A stretch of DNA of 64,000 bases, from contig LCJG01000002.1 in NCBI GenBank assembly GCA_000998025.1, positions 891 to 64,890 of the forward strand. The letters run 5' to 3'. The notes beneath the pieces were generated by a model. That model was given only the letters and a program-made list of their open reading frames with translations. It was not told where the DNA came from and ran no database searches. This DNA comes from Candidatus Collierbacteria bacterium GW2011_GWB1_44_6 (GTDB taxonomy: Bacteria; Patescibacteriota; Microgenomatia; UBA1400; MFAQ01). This document shows, piece by piece, positions 37,646-46,987 of the stretch; the first letter of the stretch is position 1; each line of letters opens with the position of its first letter. The position numbers were made by a program, and so were the translations under genes.

Positions 37646-39238
37646 TCAGCAGGCCTTTGCCTCGTCGACATTGAGCTGTTTGGGAGAAAAGTTTGCCAGA
37701 AAGCCAAAGAACTTCCAGGCAGAAAAGAACAAGAACTTGATGTCATTAAAATTCCTAATTTCGATGATTTTCCTATATATAAACTGCGGTGATAAGGCTG
37801 CTTTGTAAAGATCTTGAGTGAGTTCCAGAACTTGGGTTTCTGTTAATGATGATTTCATGACAGGTTTCCTCATATCGTAGTCCTCATAGTCCTCGGATAA
37901 GAGCCAACCTTCCTTTTTACACTCTTTCCATAGCGGTGTGCCCGGATAAGGAATCACGACCGTCGCTTGAAGGGTATCCACATAACCCTTTTTGAAACAT
38001 TTTTTTGCCAATTCCACAGTGTTCTTGGCATCTTGATAGGACTCCCAGGGGTAGCCCATCATGATGGTGAGGTGTGGGTCTAGACCGCCCTTCTTGGCCA
38101 TACGAACGCCTTCTTCAATTTGCTCTACTTTAAGTCCTTTATCAAGATGATCAAGAGTGTATTGATTGGCCGATTCCATACCATAGAGAATAAAGCGGAA
38201 GTTGGCTTTGCCCATAAGATCGTAGTGTTCCTGCTTGAGGGCGTTGAGACGCATATTGCAGCCAAAGACAACTTTTTTGGCGTATCCCGACTCGATCATC
38301 ATATTACAAAAATCCATGAGAGGCTTGCCGATCATAAAGGTACCGGCATCGTCGAAGATTTCTTTGACATGATATTTGTCTACCACATGTCTGACCTCGT
38401 CAAAAAGTCTTTGAGCAGTAAACCTTCGATATGACCCAATTGGGTTGATGGTATGGTCCCAAACACAGAAAGTACACCGGTTCCACCAACAGTCACGACC
38501 TGAGTACATATAGGTGGCCGGAGTGTATTTGTAGTTCCCGTTATAGACGGAATATAGTTCCCATTTAGTCAGGTCACGGTCTACAAAAGGCAACTCGTTC
38601 AGGTCGTGAGCAATACTGGGTTTGCCGCTATTAGCATAAACAACTTTTCCTTTTCTTTTGATTGTTTCCGCTGGTTTTTGTTTGATTCTCTTGTCGTCTG
38701 TTCTCCACCAAACCCCGCCCTCTAATGGTGTGAGATCCCTCGACTGCGCTCGGGATGACGAGGAGAGATGGTCTAGTAAGTTGACGATGACAAAGTCATA
38801 ATCTCCTCCGGTGATAAGATAGTCTACTTTGCTGTTGTCCATCATTTCTTCAGGAGCAAAAGTGACGTGGTCCCCTACCCAAACCAGAAGTAATTTTGGG
38901 AGTTCTTTTTTGAGATCTTTGATTATTTGCCAGTGTTTTTTAACAATTGGGGATTTGGTCTCCACCATCAGGACGTCTGGTTTGAATTTTTTTAACTCGC
39001 GGACCCACTCTTTGTAGGTTTGCTCCTCCGCAATACCATCCATCCATTTCACCTTATATCCATGCTTCTGAGCATTTGAGGCCGCATAGGCAGGCACCAT
39101 AGGATAGATGTATGTCTTGGCGTTGAAGTACTGGAACTGGCGGTTTTGAGAAAGTAGCATGACGCCCTTGTCGGAAGGTATGGGGGGGTAGCCAATGACT
39201 AAACGGAGAGATTTTTTTAATTTTGATTTTTTTAACAT
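37646..39238 (-). CDS. B12-binding-domain radical SAM protein
   Basis: N-terminal B12-binding-like domain (VGDHVT, GGDYD), GRDCWWNRCTFC cluster motif, YGMESANQ, MMGYPWE and PYPGTPL. Contains an in-frame palindromic element. Confidence 0.88.
   Translation of the reverse strand: MLKKSKLKKSLRLVIGYPPIPSDKGVMLLSQNRQFQYFNAKTYIYPMVPAYAASNAQKHGYKVKWMDGIAEEQTYKEWVRELKKFKPDVLMVETKSPIVKKHWQIIKDLKKELPKLLLVWVGDHVTFAPEEMMDNSKVDYLITGGDYDFVIVNLLDHLSSSSRAQSRDLTPLEGGVWWRTDDKRIKQKPAETIKRKGKVVYANSGKPSIAHDLNELPFVDRDLTKWELYSVYNGNYKYTPATYMYSGRDCWWNRCTFCVWDHTINPIGSYRRFTAQRLFDEVRHVVDKYHVKEIFDDAGTFMIGKPLMDFCNMMIESGYAKKVVFGCNMRLNALKQEHYDLMGKANFRFILYGMESANQYTLDHLDKGLKVEQIEEGVRMAKKGGLDPHLTIMMGYPWESYQDAKNTVELAKKCFKKGYVDTLQATVVIPYPGTPLWKECKKEGWLLSEDYEDYDMRKPVMKSSLTETQVLELTQDLYKAALSPQFIYRKIIEIRNFNDIKFLFFSAWKFFGFLANFSPKQLNVDEAKAC
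38726..38761 (-). repeat. CGTC-tagged palindromic element inside the radical SAM CDS (encodes SSSRAQSRDLTP)
   Basis: Plus strand tggtgtgagatccctcgactgcgctcgggatgacga; 32/36 identical to 51492-51527. Confidence 0.85.
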
Positions 39239-39250
39239 GTGTTTTTGTTA

Positions 39251-39297
39251 TTGATGGTTGAGATTGCTTCTCCACCAGAGGCGGATCGCAATGACGG
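39251..39297 (-). repeat. Intergenic CGTC-tagged palindromic element (GAGATTGC...GCAATGAC subtype)
   Basis: ttgatggttgagattgcttc-tccaccagaggcgga-tcgcaatgacgg; first 20 nt identical to 50428-50447. Confidence 0.85.
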
Positions 39298-39301
39298 CGC
39301 A

Positions 39302-39568
39302 CTAGGGAAATATTTGCTTACCGTTTTTATCTTTAATAATAATAGCAAGGATTGGGCAACACCGGGCAGCTTCAAGTACTTTTTCAAAAGTATCGCCGTC
39401 GGGATCGGCAATAACAGCCTTGCCGTCTGAATCTCTTAGCAAGAAGGTAAGGGGGGCGGCGATCGAACAAGGACCGGCAGCAATGCATTTGTCGAGATCA
39501 ACGGTAATCTTATACCCGTCGGTGCGAGTGGCTTCGCTGATTGATTCGGTAGTGTTAACTTGGACCAT
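39302..39568 (-). CDS. Ferredoxin (single cluster, probably 3Fe-4S)
   Basis: VDLDKCIAAGPCSIAAP...AARCCP; the second Cys of CxxCxxC is replaced by Ala. Confidence 0.88.
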   Translation of the reverse strand: MVQVNTTESISEATRTDGYKITVDLDKCIAAGPCSIAAPLTFLLRDSDGKAVIADPDGDTFEKVLEAARCCPILAIIIKDKNGKQIFP

Positions 39569-39592
39569 TATTGTATCAGTTTAACATTTATA

Positions 39593-39620
39593 TAGATCCC
39601 CGATCAGGTCGGGGATGACA
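39593..39620 (-). repeat. Intergenic TGTC-tagged palindromic element
   Basis: tagATCCCCGA-tcagg-TCGGGGATgaca has a perfect 8-bp stem, sits just after a stop codon and is a near copy of 56874-56901. Confidence 0.88.
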
Positions 39621-39624
39621 AGAA

Positions 39625-40716
39625 CTATCTTGTCAGTTTACCAGTAAACAAAAATCCTTGTATAAATCTGAGTCCGTACCAGAGATGGGTAATGAAGATA
39701 ATGAGGATGGACAAAAGGGCATGAAGTGGTTTTTTTGATTTTTTTAGTACCCAGAGGGCGTTTAAAGATAGAGTTAGGAAATACAGGATAAAACAGTATA
39801 TTCCGAGATTACGGATGACCAAGAGGGCATTAATAACGGGTTTTGCGATGATTATCGGTTGGTAAATTGTAAACGGCTCGGTTACATTGATGGTCTCTAC
39901 ACTAGTTGAGGCGTATAGAGGCAGGGGTGACGTTATGATCATGTAGATAAACCCCAGGAAGATTAAAGAAGGCAGGAAATAAACAAGTTTGAGTGATGTT
40001 TTGGGTAGAATACGGGCAAAAAATCCCCGGTGAAGGCCGAAGTTGCCATTTTGTCTCAGGTGAGCGAACAGGATGGGACGGCGGTGGTGGTAGACGATCG
40101 CTTTTGGTTCGTAAATAATCCTTTTACCCAAGTAATGGGTGAGATCTAGGCAGAGTTTGGTATCTTCCCCCGGCCAGTAATTGGAGTCATAACCGCTAAC
40201 TTTTTTGAAGTCGGTCTTCCTAACTGCCAAATTCATAGAAGGATAATCGTCAACAAATTGTCTTTTGCCAGGAAGGAAGCGGTAGGTATACGGACCGGCA
40301 CCTGCAGGAGAGGCCGAAGCCCAACCGGAAGCCTCTTCCTCCCAGGAAATGTAAGGGGGTGTAACCCCAGGTCCGCCGACCCCGGCAATGCTTTCATTTT
40401 TGAAATGTGGAACTAAGTGTTCAAGCCAGGCACCTGAAGGATAAGCATCGTCGTCTAAAAAAGCTAGAATATCACCTTTGGCTAACCTGCCCCCTTCGTC
40501 CCTCTTTTCGGCTGGGCCCACATAGCTACCATAGTACTTTTGCCTTAACTTGGGGTACTTGAGATTTTCAACTTTGTAATCGCAGATGAGTAAGATCTCG
40601 TAATTCTTGTATGTCTGCTTCTGAATAGCGTTTAAACATTCAATTAGATATGGATTTTTTCTTTTGTAGTCGACAACTATGATTGAAACTAGTGGAGAAT
40701 ATTTATCGGATTTCAC
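39625..40716 (-). CDS. GT2 family glycosyltransferase with C-terminal TM helices
   Basis: AFLDDDAYP, PSMNL, WPGEDT and VYHHRR motifs. Confidence 0.9.
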   Translation of the reverse strand: MKSDKYSPLVSIIVVDYKRKNPYLIECLNAIQKQTYKNYEILLICDYKVENLKYPKLRQKYYGSYVGPAEKRDEGGRLAKGDILAFLDDDAYPSGAWLEHLVPHFKNESIAGVGGPGVTPPYISWEEEASGWASASPAGAGPYTYRFLPGKRQFVDDYPSMNLAVRKTDFKKVSGYDSNYWPGEDTKLCLDLTHYLGKRIIYEPKAIVYHHRRPILFAHLRQNGNFGLHRGFFARILPKTSLKLVYFLPSLIFLGFIYMIITSPLPLYASTSVETINVTEPFTIYQPIIIAKPVINALLVIRNLGIYCFILYFLTLSLNALWVLKKSKKPLHALLSILIIFITHLWYGLRFIQGFLFTGKLTR

Positions 40717-40725
40717 AAGTTGTTA

Positions 40726-41541
40726 TTATTTGTATTTTAACTTGAGTTTTGGATCGTCCTGCCACAGGTCGGAGCCTCCATCATCGTAATACCGGAGAAT
40801 GTATGTTCTATAAAGGATAGCTAAATAGTCAATGGCAAAATTCTGGACTGATGACATGTCGACATTGCTTGAAAAATTGTGGGTAATTTCCACCGGAGAT
40901 TCAAATATTCTCTTAAAACCCAAGTGGTTGGCCACTGTCAGTATTTCCAGATCAAAAGCCCAACGTTTCACAATAAGCCGCGGCAAGACTTTAACGAGAA
41001 CTTCTCTCTTAAAGACCTTTAACCCAGTCTGAGTATCCGAAACATTTAAACCAAAGAAAAACCTGGTAGCTCTCTGAACAAAAAAAGAGAGAATTTTTCT
41101 CTGCCAAGGATACTCTACTTTACTTGCGTGATGGCGTTTACTTCCGATGATTACGTCTGCGTCGTACCATTTCATATGTTCCAAAGCCAACCCAAGCCCT
41201 TTGGCGTGGAGATCTGAACCGGCATCAATAAAGGCGATAACTCCTCCCCTTGCCCTAGCCATACCAAAACGGATAGCGTAACCCTTACCCCGGTTATCCG
41301 GATAAAAATATATTTTTATGTCTGCAGACTTTGCTTTGATGGCTTTTTCGCGGGTGTGGTCTTTTGATGTTTTTCTACCATCTACAATGCAAATGATTTC
41401 GTATGGGCGGTTTAAGAGATCAAGATATAGTTTTATAGTAAAAAGATCTTTGTCGATAGTTTTACAGTTATACGCAGGAACGATTACAGAGAGAAGAGAT
41501 GGGTCGGCTTTTAGGATTTTATTTTTGGCCACTTTGGGCAT
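40726..41541 (-). CDS. GT2 polyprenyl-phosphate sugar synthase (ALG5/DPM1-like)
   Basis: NRGKGYA, FIDAG, GSKRH, DTQTGLK and AFDLEIL motifs. Confidence 0.88.
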   Translation of the reverse strand: MPKVAKNKILKADPSLLSVIVPAYNCKTIDKDLFTIKLYLDLLNRPYEIICIVDGRKTSKDHTREKAIKAKSADIKIYFYPDNRGKGYAIRFGMARARGGVIAFIDAGSDLHAKGLGLALEHMKWYDADVIIGSKRHHASKVEYPWQRKILSFFVQRATRFFFGLNVSDTQTGLKVFKREVLVKVLPRLIVKRWAFDLEILTVANHLGFKRIFESPVEITHNFSSNVDMSSVQNFAIDYLAILYRTYILRYYDDGGSDLWQDDPKLKLKYK

Positions 41542-41573
41542 GAGTGAATTATATGACGGGGTGATTGCAGATA

Positions 41574-42824
41574 CTAGTTTTTATTTCTGAAGTAGAAGAG
41601 ATAGAAGATTAGAGAACTGGACAAGAGTACTTGGATGCTGAAGTTAGACCAGATGATACCGGAAAATGAGTGCCTGAAAAGAATAATTAGTACTGGCTGT
41701 AGTACCGTAGCAGCCAACAGAAGGAGGGTGGCTTTGGGCCTTCCTGTCGCCATAAGAAAAGAGAGAATAAACTGGCTAAGAGCAAAGAATACCATGGAGA
41801 AGGCGAATAGACCAAGATATGGTGTTACAGCCAGATACTGAGTCCCCGACAGAATCCGGATGACGAAGGAAGGAAATAGACCAAAAATACATGCCCCGAT
41901 AAGACCGATGGTTGAGATTAAGGATCCAAGCTTGAGAAGAATAGATTTGGCAGATCCGTGGGCAGCGTACCTGTGGGACGCAATAGGAAGAGTTAGGCCA
42001 ATTAGTGGAGTGAGCCCAAAGAGAATCATTCTACCCAAAATTGACAAGGCGGAGTAGAGACCGGAAAAGTAGGAATCAGAGAATGCCCTAATAACTAAGA
42101 TATCGGTAGAAATTAGTGATAGGGTACCAAGAGAAAAAAGAAAACTGTAAACCGTGAAACCGCCAAGTGAGAAGTGCGGAGTTTTTTTAACTTTTATTCG
42201 TGGATATATTGATGGTTTTATATCCCAGTAAATCATTAGAGTAGTAATGATGCCTGCCACAAGCTGGCCAAGAACAGCGCCGGTAGCACCCATACCGAGT
42301 TTAATAAAGGCGATGGACAAAGCAATCGTTAGAATAATATTAATGAAACCGATTAGAGAAATAAAAATAAATTTCTGAAAAGCGGTGTTGTAAGAGTTGG
42401 CGACGACTTGAAATAGAGAAACAAACATACTTATCCCGAGGATTATGAAAGCAACAGAGTTTGCTTTGAATAATTCTGAAAGTGGATTGGCAAATAGAAT
42501 AAGCAACAATCCTAGGGTAATGGTGACTGGACTAAGAGTCTTTAGTAGGTAGTAAAAAAAGAGATTGGTTGAGGTGCTATCGCCTTTTCCGGTATATGCT
42601 GAAACATATTTGGTAACAACTGTGGCGACTGTGCCCATAGGGATACTAAGCAGGTAGGTGAGCGATAGATAAGACAGGAATTCACCATATTCAGCTGGAA
42701 CAAGAAATCTGAGCAGAAGGAGGTGAAAAAAATATCGAAAAATATTCTGAGCAAAGCTGGCAATATAAAAAATAATAGTGCTTTTTGCAGTTGGAGTGGT
42801 AATGGCTTTTAGAAGACGGTGCAT
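41574..42824 (-). CDS. wzx: Oligosaccharide flippase (Wzx family)
   Basis: RFLVPAEYG, TDILVI and GLYSALSILGR motifs; about 12 TM helices. Confidence 0.85.
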   Translation of the reverse strand: MHRLLKAITTPTAKSTIIFYIASFAQNIFRYFFHLLLLRFLVPAEYGEFLSYLSLTYLLSIPMGTVATVVTKYVSAYTGKGDSTSTNLFFYYLLKTLSPVTITLGLLLILFANPLSELFKANSVAFIILGISMFVSLFQVVANSYNTAFQKFIFISLIGFINIILTIALSIAFIKLGMGATGAVLGQLVAGIITTLMIYWDIKPSIYPRIKVKKTPHFSLGGFTVYSFLFSLGTLSLISTDILVIRAFSDSYFSGLYSALSILGRMILFGLTPLIGLTLPIASHRYAAHGSAKSILLKLGSLISTIGLIGACIFGLFPSFVIRILSGTQYLAVTPYLGLFAFSMVFFALSQFILSFLMATGRPKATLLLLAATVLQPVLIILFRHSFSGIIWSNFSIQVLLSSSLIFYLFYFRNKN

Positions 42825-42836
42825 GGGATTTTTTCA

Positions 42837-42869
42837 GGATTGCTTCGGTTCGGGTACGACGAAGTGACG
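42837..42869 (-). repeat. Degenerate intergenic CGTC-tagged palindromic element
   Basis: ggattgcttcg-gttcgggtacga-cgaagtgacg has the same ends and orientation as the 39251 and 50428 elements. Confidence 0.65.
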
Positions 42870-42879
42870 ATTGTATCTT

Positions 42880-44370
42880 TTATTGTAGATTAAATATGTA
42901 GGCAGTGAAAGCACCGGAATGGACCGGCTTACAATTTTGGTCAGCAGTACAAGGAATATTCTTTTGCTCAGCAATAATGACACGATAGAGGGGTTTTTCT
43001 GTAGAGATTTCGTCAGGATAAGTCCAGCCAAAAAATTCGTCAGCGAAACTAAGCGTGGGACGGTTTCCGTAGGTTTGAAATAGGTAGTGCCAACCACCAT
43101 ACGGGTGATACTTACGCGGGTCTTTCCCCTCTGTCTCCAGGCTGAATGGCCTATCCTCTATCTTGACCATGACTTGATCGACTAAGTCTCTTCTAGCGAC
43201 TAGGCCGTATGGAGATTGTGTTGTGGTGAAAATAGTAATACTGTTTATGGCGGCATACACTACTAATAATGGGGCTAGAGCTTTCCAGCTTAAATGCTCT
43301 AAAAACAAAGCCAGCACAATCGTGAATAATATAAAGAAGCTTAAAAGATAATACTCGGCACCCCATTGAGGATAGAGAACATAGAAAGCAACAATCGAGA
43401 TGATCATGCCACCTAGGATACGGAGGTTTTTATTGGCTTTGCTTCTAACGAAGAAGGAAACAAAGGCGATAAAGGAAAAGAGAGAAAGAAATGTGTTTGG
43501 TCTAGTCATAAATGCACCGTGAGCTCCGAGTCCGTGTTCTTCTTGGATATTGGTATAGAAGTTTAAGAAAATTAACCGGCTGGTAGAAGAGAATATGTTT
43601 CTTGCATGGGTGAATAGTTTGTGGAAACTAAAAGAGGAATCGGAGTTGTTGGATCCCGCTAAAAACTTTAGAGGACCAAGGATATTATCAAAATTATGAT
43701 TAATATCGAAGATTATTAGTGGCAAAACCACCAATGCGTAGGAGACTATAGCCACAAACCAGGTTTTTATGCTAATTTTCCTGAAGCTTCTGATTAATAA
43801 ATATAAGATCAGTGGCCAGTAAACAGCGAGGGAGAGATGTACATGCAGGGCAGTGGCCATAAGAATCGATGTCAGAATATACCAACGAGAATCATTTTTT
43901 GCTTGATAAAGGGAAAATAGCAGCCAAATTGTAATAAACATGATTGGTGTAGGATTCCAGAAACGATGGTCAAAATATATGAGCAGTGCCGAGAAGCCAT
44001 ATATTAGCGATGACACAATTCCAACCTTCTTGGAAAATATTTTTGAGGAGACATGGTATAAGCTAAGCGTTGTAATCAGACCAAATAAAGATGAGAAATA
44101 TGCCAGTATACTCAGATCACCTTTTGATATCCAAAACAAAAGAGCATTGAGATAAGTGAAGCCAGGACCTAGGTAGAAGCCAAAGTTGCTGGCACTCACG
44201 CCGATCCAAATAGGGTGAAAGTCCTTTACCTGAGACCAGGATATAAGAGCTTGATATTCTTCGTCGAAATTGAAAGAAAACCAGTCTGCCGCTTTCCAGA
44301 AACGAAGTACACACAATAAGGCAAATATAATAATGGGTAGTACTGTTTGTTTGGCTCTTTTCACTGTCAC
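42880..44370 (-). CDS. GT39/ArnT-like GT-C membrane glycosyltransferase
   Basis: FNFDEE, GFYLGP and RFWNP motifs; multi-TM. Confidence 0.82.
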   Translation of the reverse strand: MTVKRAKQTVLPIIIFALLCVLRFWKAADWFSFNFDEEYQALISWSQVKDFHPIWIGVSASNFGFYLGPGFTYLNALLFWISKGDLSILAYFSSLFGLITTLSLYHVSSKIFSKKVGIVSSLIYGFSALLIYFDHRFWNPTPIMFITIWLLFSLYQAKNDSRWYILTSILMATALHVHLSLAVYWPLILYLLIRSFRKISIKTWFVAIVSYALVVLPLIIFDINHNFDNILGPLKFLAGSNNSDSSFSFHKLFTHARNIFSSTSRLIFLNFYTNIQEEHGLGAHGAFMTRPNTFLSLFSFIAFVSFFVRSKANKNLRILGGMIISIVAFYVLYPQWGAEYYLLSFFILFTIVLALFLEHLSWKALAPLLVVYAAINSITIFTTTQSPYGLVARRDLVDQVMVKIEDRPFSLETEGKDPRKYHPYGGWHYLFQTYGNRPTLSFADEFFGWTYPDEISTEKPLYRVIIAEQKNIPCTADQNCKPVHSGAFTAYIFNLQ

Positions 44371-44450
44371 AGGGATAGTTTAGCATTGTGGTGTAAAATG
44401 AGGCCATGGATTTTATCGGATTTGCTCGAAGAACATGTAACAAATAAAAA

Positions 44451-45398
44451 ATGAAAACAAAAAATCCTTTGTTTTCTGTAGTTATTCCCGTCTATAACGA
44501 GGAAGGTAATGTCTTACCTTTATTCAAAGAAATAAAAAAAGTGATGACTAGGTTGGGGAGTTTTGAGATAATATTTGTAAACGACGGCTCGACGGACAAC
44601 ACAGGAGTTGAACTGAAACGGTTGAGAAAGGTAAAAATCGTACAATTTAGAAAGAACTTTGGGCAATCTGCGGCGCTGGATGCAGGCGTAAAGGCTGCCA
44701 AAGGAAAGTATGTCGTTACGCTGGACGGAGATGGTCAAAACGACCCGGCTGACATACCCAAGCTATTTGGAAAACTGAACCAGGGTTACGATGTGGTATG
44801 CGGGTGGCGATACAACAGAAAGGATAACTGGATACGAAAATTTATTTCTGAAGGAGCAAGGAGGCTTAGGTCCGTTTTGGTCGATGACAAGGTGCACGAC
44901 GCGGGATGTACTCTGAGGGTATACAACAAGGTGTGTTTTACGGACTTAGATTTGGCCGGTGAAATGCATCGAATGATCCCAGCGATTCTTAGGTGGAGGG
45001 GTTTTAGAATAACTGAACTCAAAGTGAACCATCGGCCAAGAATAATTGGAAAGAGTAAGTATGGAATGAGCCGCACCATAAAGGGTTTTCTTGACATGCT
45101 TCTAATCTGGTTTACTAGAAAATACAACAACCGTCCGTTGCATCTATTTGGCACGGTCGGTCTGTCCCTTATATTTGCCTCAGTATTGTTATTGTCGGCT
45201 CTGGCAATATTGAAAACTTTTTATGGCTATAGTCTATCTGATAAGATCTGGCCACTGGTTGGCATGATAAGTTTCTTAGCGGGGATACAGCTGTTGGTCT
45301 CGGGTATTCTGGCCGACTTAACCATAAAAAATAATACTGTCAGTAAAGAATGGATGATTAAAACAGTGAGGGGACCTAAGAAGATTTCTACGAAATGA
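44451..45398 (+). CDS. GT2 undecaprenyl-phosphate sugar transferase (ArnC/GtrB-like)
   Basis: RKNFGQSAA, LDGDGQNDP, HDAGC, HRMIP and SKYG motifs, with two C-terminal TM helices. Confidence 0.9.
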   Translation: MKTKNPLFSVVIPVYNEEGNVLPLFKEIKKVMTRLGSFEIIFVNDGSTDNTGVELKRLRKVKIVQFRKNFGQSAALDAGVKAAKGKYVVTLDGDGQNDPADIPKLFGKLNQGYDVVCGWRYNRKDNWIRKFISEGARRLRSVLVDDKVHDAGCTLRVYNKVCFTDLDLAGEMHRMIPAILRWRGFRITELKVNHRPRIIGKSKYGMSRTIKGFLDMLLIWFTRKYNNRPLHLFGTVGLSLIFASVLLLSALAILKTFYGYSLSDKIWPLVGMISFLAGIQLLVSGILADLTIKNNTVSKEWMIKTVRGPKKISTK

Positions 45399-46521
45399 AA
45401 TAACCACGGGTAAAGAAGAATATGCTGAAAAGAGTCATAGTAAGACAGAGAGTGTAGTAGGCATAGCGGAAATAGGGGTGGTTTTTTTCAAAAAATAGCG
45501 CAAGATATAAAAAGACAGGGAACAAAACTAGGGTGAAACGGGGAACACTCATAAAAGTTCCTGTGAGGGTTGGCAGGATAAAGGATAAAAGAGAGTAGAG
45601 CCAATACGAAAGTCGGATTTTTTTGAGTGAGAAGATGAGAACAAGTAAGATCAGGGACGCGGAAAGGAGTTCCAAGACGACCGTAAAAAATAATGGGTCA
45701 AGGTGATCCGTAAAAATTAACATCTTGGCATAGCGGAAGTAAACTTGATGAAGGAGGATTAGTTTGTCCATGGACCTCCCAGTAAAATTTGATTGAAGAG
45801 TGGCAAAAAAGAGGGCGTTGCCTGTTTTTATATATTGAAACCGCATAAAGGAGATCAGCCCTAAAGGTGGGATAGCAAGCCATATGGTTGAGAGGTTTAG
45901 GCTTTTCCGAATGTCTTGCCCGTGAGCAAGCCAAAATTCGTAAATAAGTGCCGGCCAGAGAAAAATGCCGGTTATCTTGGTAGCCGAAGCAATGGCCGCA
46001 AAAGTGCAAGCAAGGAAAAATTGGTTTTTCCTGGCGAAGTAAAAGGAAAGAACGGCAAGTAATATAAATAAAGATTCGGTGTAAACCGAACCAAAGAATA
46101 GAGATGTGGGAAAAAGTAAGGTTAGGATAATGGTTTCTTTGGCGATCTTTTTTTTGAAGTCGATGGCGACCAATTTATAAAGGAAATAAAGAGCCAAAAT
46201 TAATGAGAGGTGGGAAATGATCAGACCGGAGGCAAGGTAGTTGCCGAAGACATTGAAAGTCTTTATGGCCCAGGGGTAGACTGGGAAAAAAGCATAGTCC
46301 ATATCGGTCTTGTGCTGGTAACCATAGCCAAACTCGGCTAAGTCCAAGTAGTGGAGTCCGTCAAAATTTGACCACATAGAGAAGACATTGGCGACTGATG
46401 GGGTGGGGGTAAGATTGGTAAAACGGGTGCGTGGTGCAAGGAGGAACATGGCCGGGAGAGCCACTATGACAATCAGGAGTCTCCAGCCAAGAACAAGTTT
46501 AAGGATTTCTTTGAGAGACAT
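45388..46521 (-). CDS. PIG-V-like (GT76) mannosyltransferase family protein
   Basis: WSNFDGLHY..A..GY, AFFPVYP, YTESLF and SVPRF motifs. Confidence 0.85.
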   Translation of the reverse strand: MSLKEILKLVLGWRLLIVIVALPAMFLLAPRTRFTNLTPTPSVANVFSMWSNFDGLHYLDLAEFGYGYQHKTDMDYAFFPVYPWAIKTFNVFGNYLASGLIISHLSLILALYFLYKLVAIDFKKKIAKETIILTLLFPTSLFFGSVYTESLFILLAVLSFYFARKNQFFLACTFAAIASATKITGIFLWPALIYEFWLAHGQDIRKSLNLSTIWLAIPPLGLISFMRFQYIKTGNALFFATLQSNFTGRSMDKLILLHQVYFRYAKMLIFTDHLDPLFFTVVLELLSASLILLVLIFSLKKIRLSYWLYSLLSFILPTLTGTFMSVPRFTLVLFPVFLYLALFFEKNHPYFRYAYYTLCLTMTLFSIFFFTRGYFIS

Positions 46522-46620
46522 TGGTAAGGATGATTATAACAACTAAAAAAACTCAAAAACTCGAAAATTCAAAACGGTGGACTTGTTGATTTCGGGTATT
46601 GTTTGGTGTTAAATGGATAT

Positions 46621-46956
46621 ATGGGAAAATATAAAGTATGGCTATATCGGGATAGAAACGGTGATTCACCGGTCGAAGATGTTATAAAAAAACTGAATAA
46701 AGTTCAAGGATCAAAGGTGAGTAGACAAATTCTTCATTTATCTGAGTTTGGTATTTCGATACACAATAAATCACTTAGGAAGCTGACAAAGACGTCACTG
46801 TGGGAGTTAAGAATTCTTGGAAGAGATAACATTCGTCTGTTTTGCACCGAAACGAAGTATGGCATTTGTATTATCCATGTATTTGTTAAGAAAAGCCAAA
46901 AAACACGTATTTCGGAGATATTGATCTCTTTGTCCAGGCTCAAGACGATATCTTGA
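46621..46956 (+). CDS. RelE/ParE-family (Gp49/HigB-like) toxin
   Basis: Y....G.SPV, LWELRI, NIRLF and HVFVKKSQKT motifs. ATG 46621 preferred over TTG 46603. Confidence 0.88.
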   Translation: MGKYKVWLYRDRNGDSPVEDVIKKLNKVQGSKVSRQILHLSEFGISIHNKSLRKLTKTSLWELRILGRDNIRLFCTETKYGICIIHVFVKKSQKTRISEILISLSRLKTIS

Positions 46957-46983
46957 CAAAATATATCTTTTAAGGTATATTTT
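46953..46983 (+). promoter_or_regulatory. Sigma70 promoter for the antitoxin gene with an overlapping palindromic operator
   Basis: TTGACA (46953-46958), 17 bp spacer, TATATT (46976-46981), then 6 nt to the ATG. Inverted repeat AAAATATATCTT-tt-AAGGTATATTTT at 46958-46983. Confidence 0.8.
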
Positions 46984-46987
46984 ACCC

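Noticed and set aside
39054-39430. Short ORFs 39054-39302 and 39239-39430 with similarity to ORF 50218-50607
   Set aside because: The shared MVEIAS and RHC..KQS peptides are translations of the palindromic repeat, not genes.
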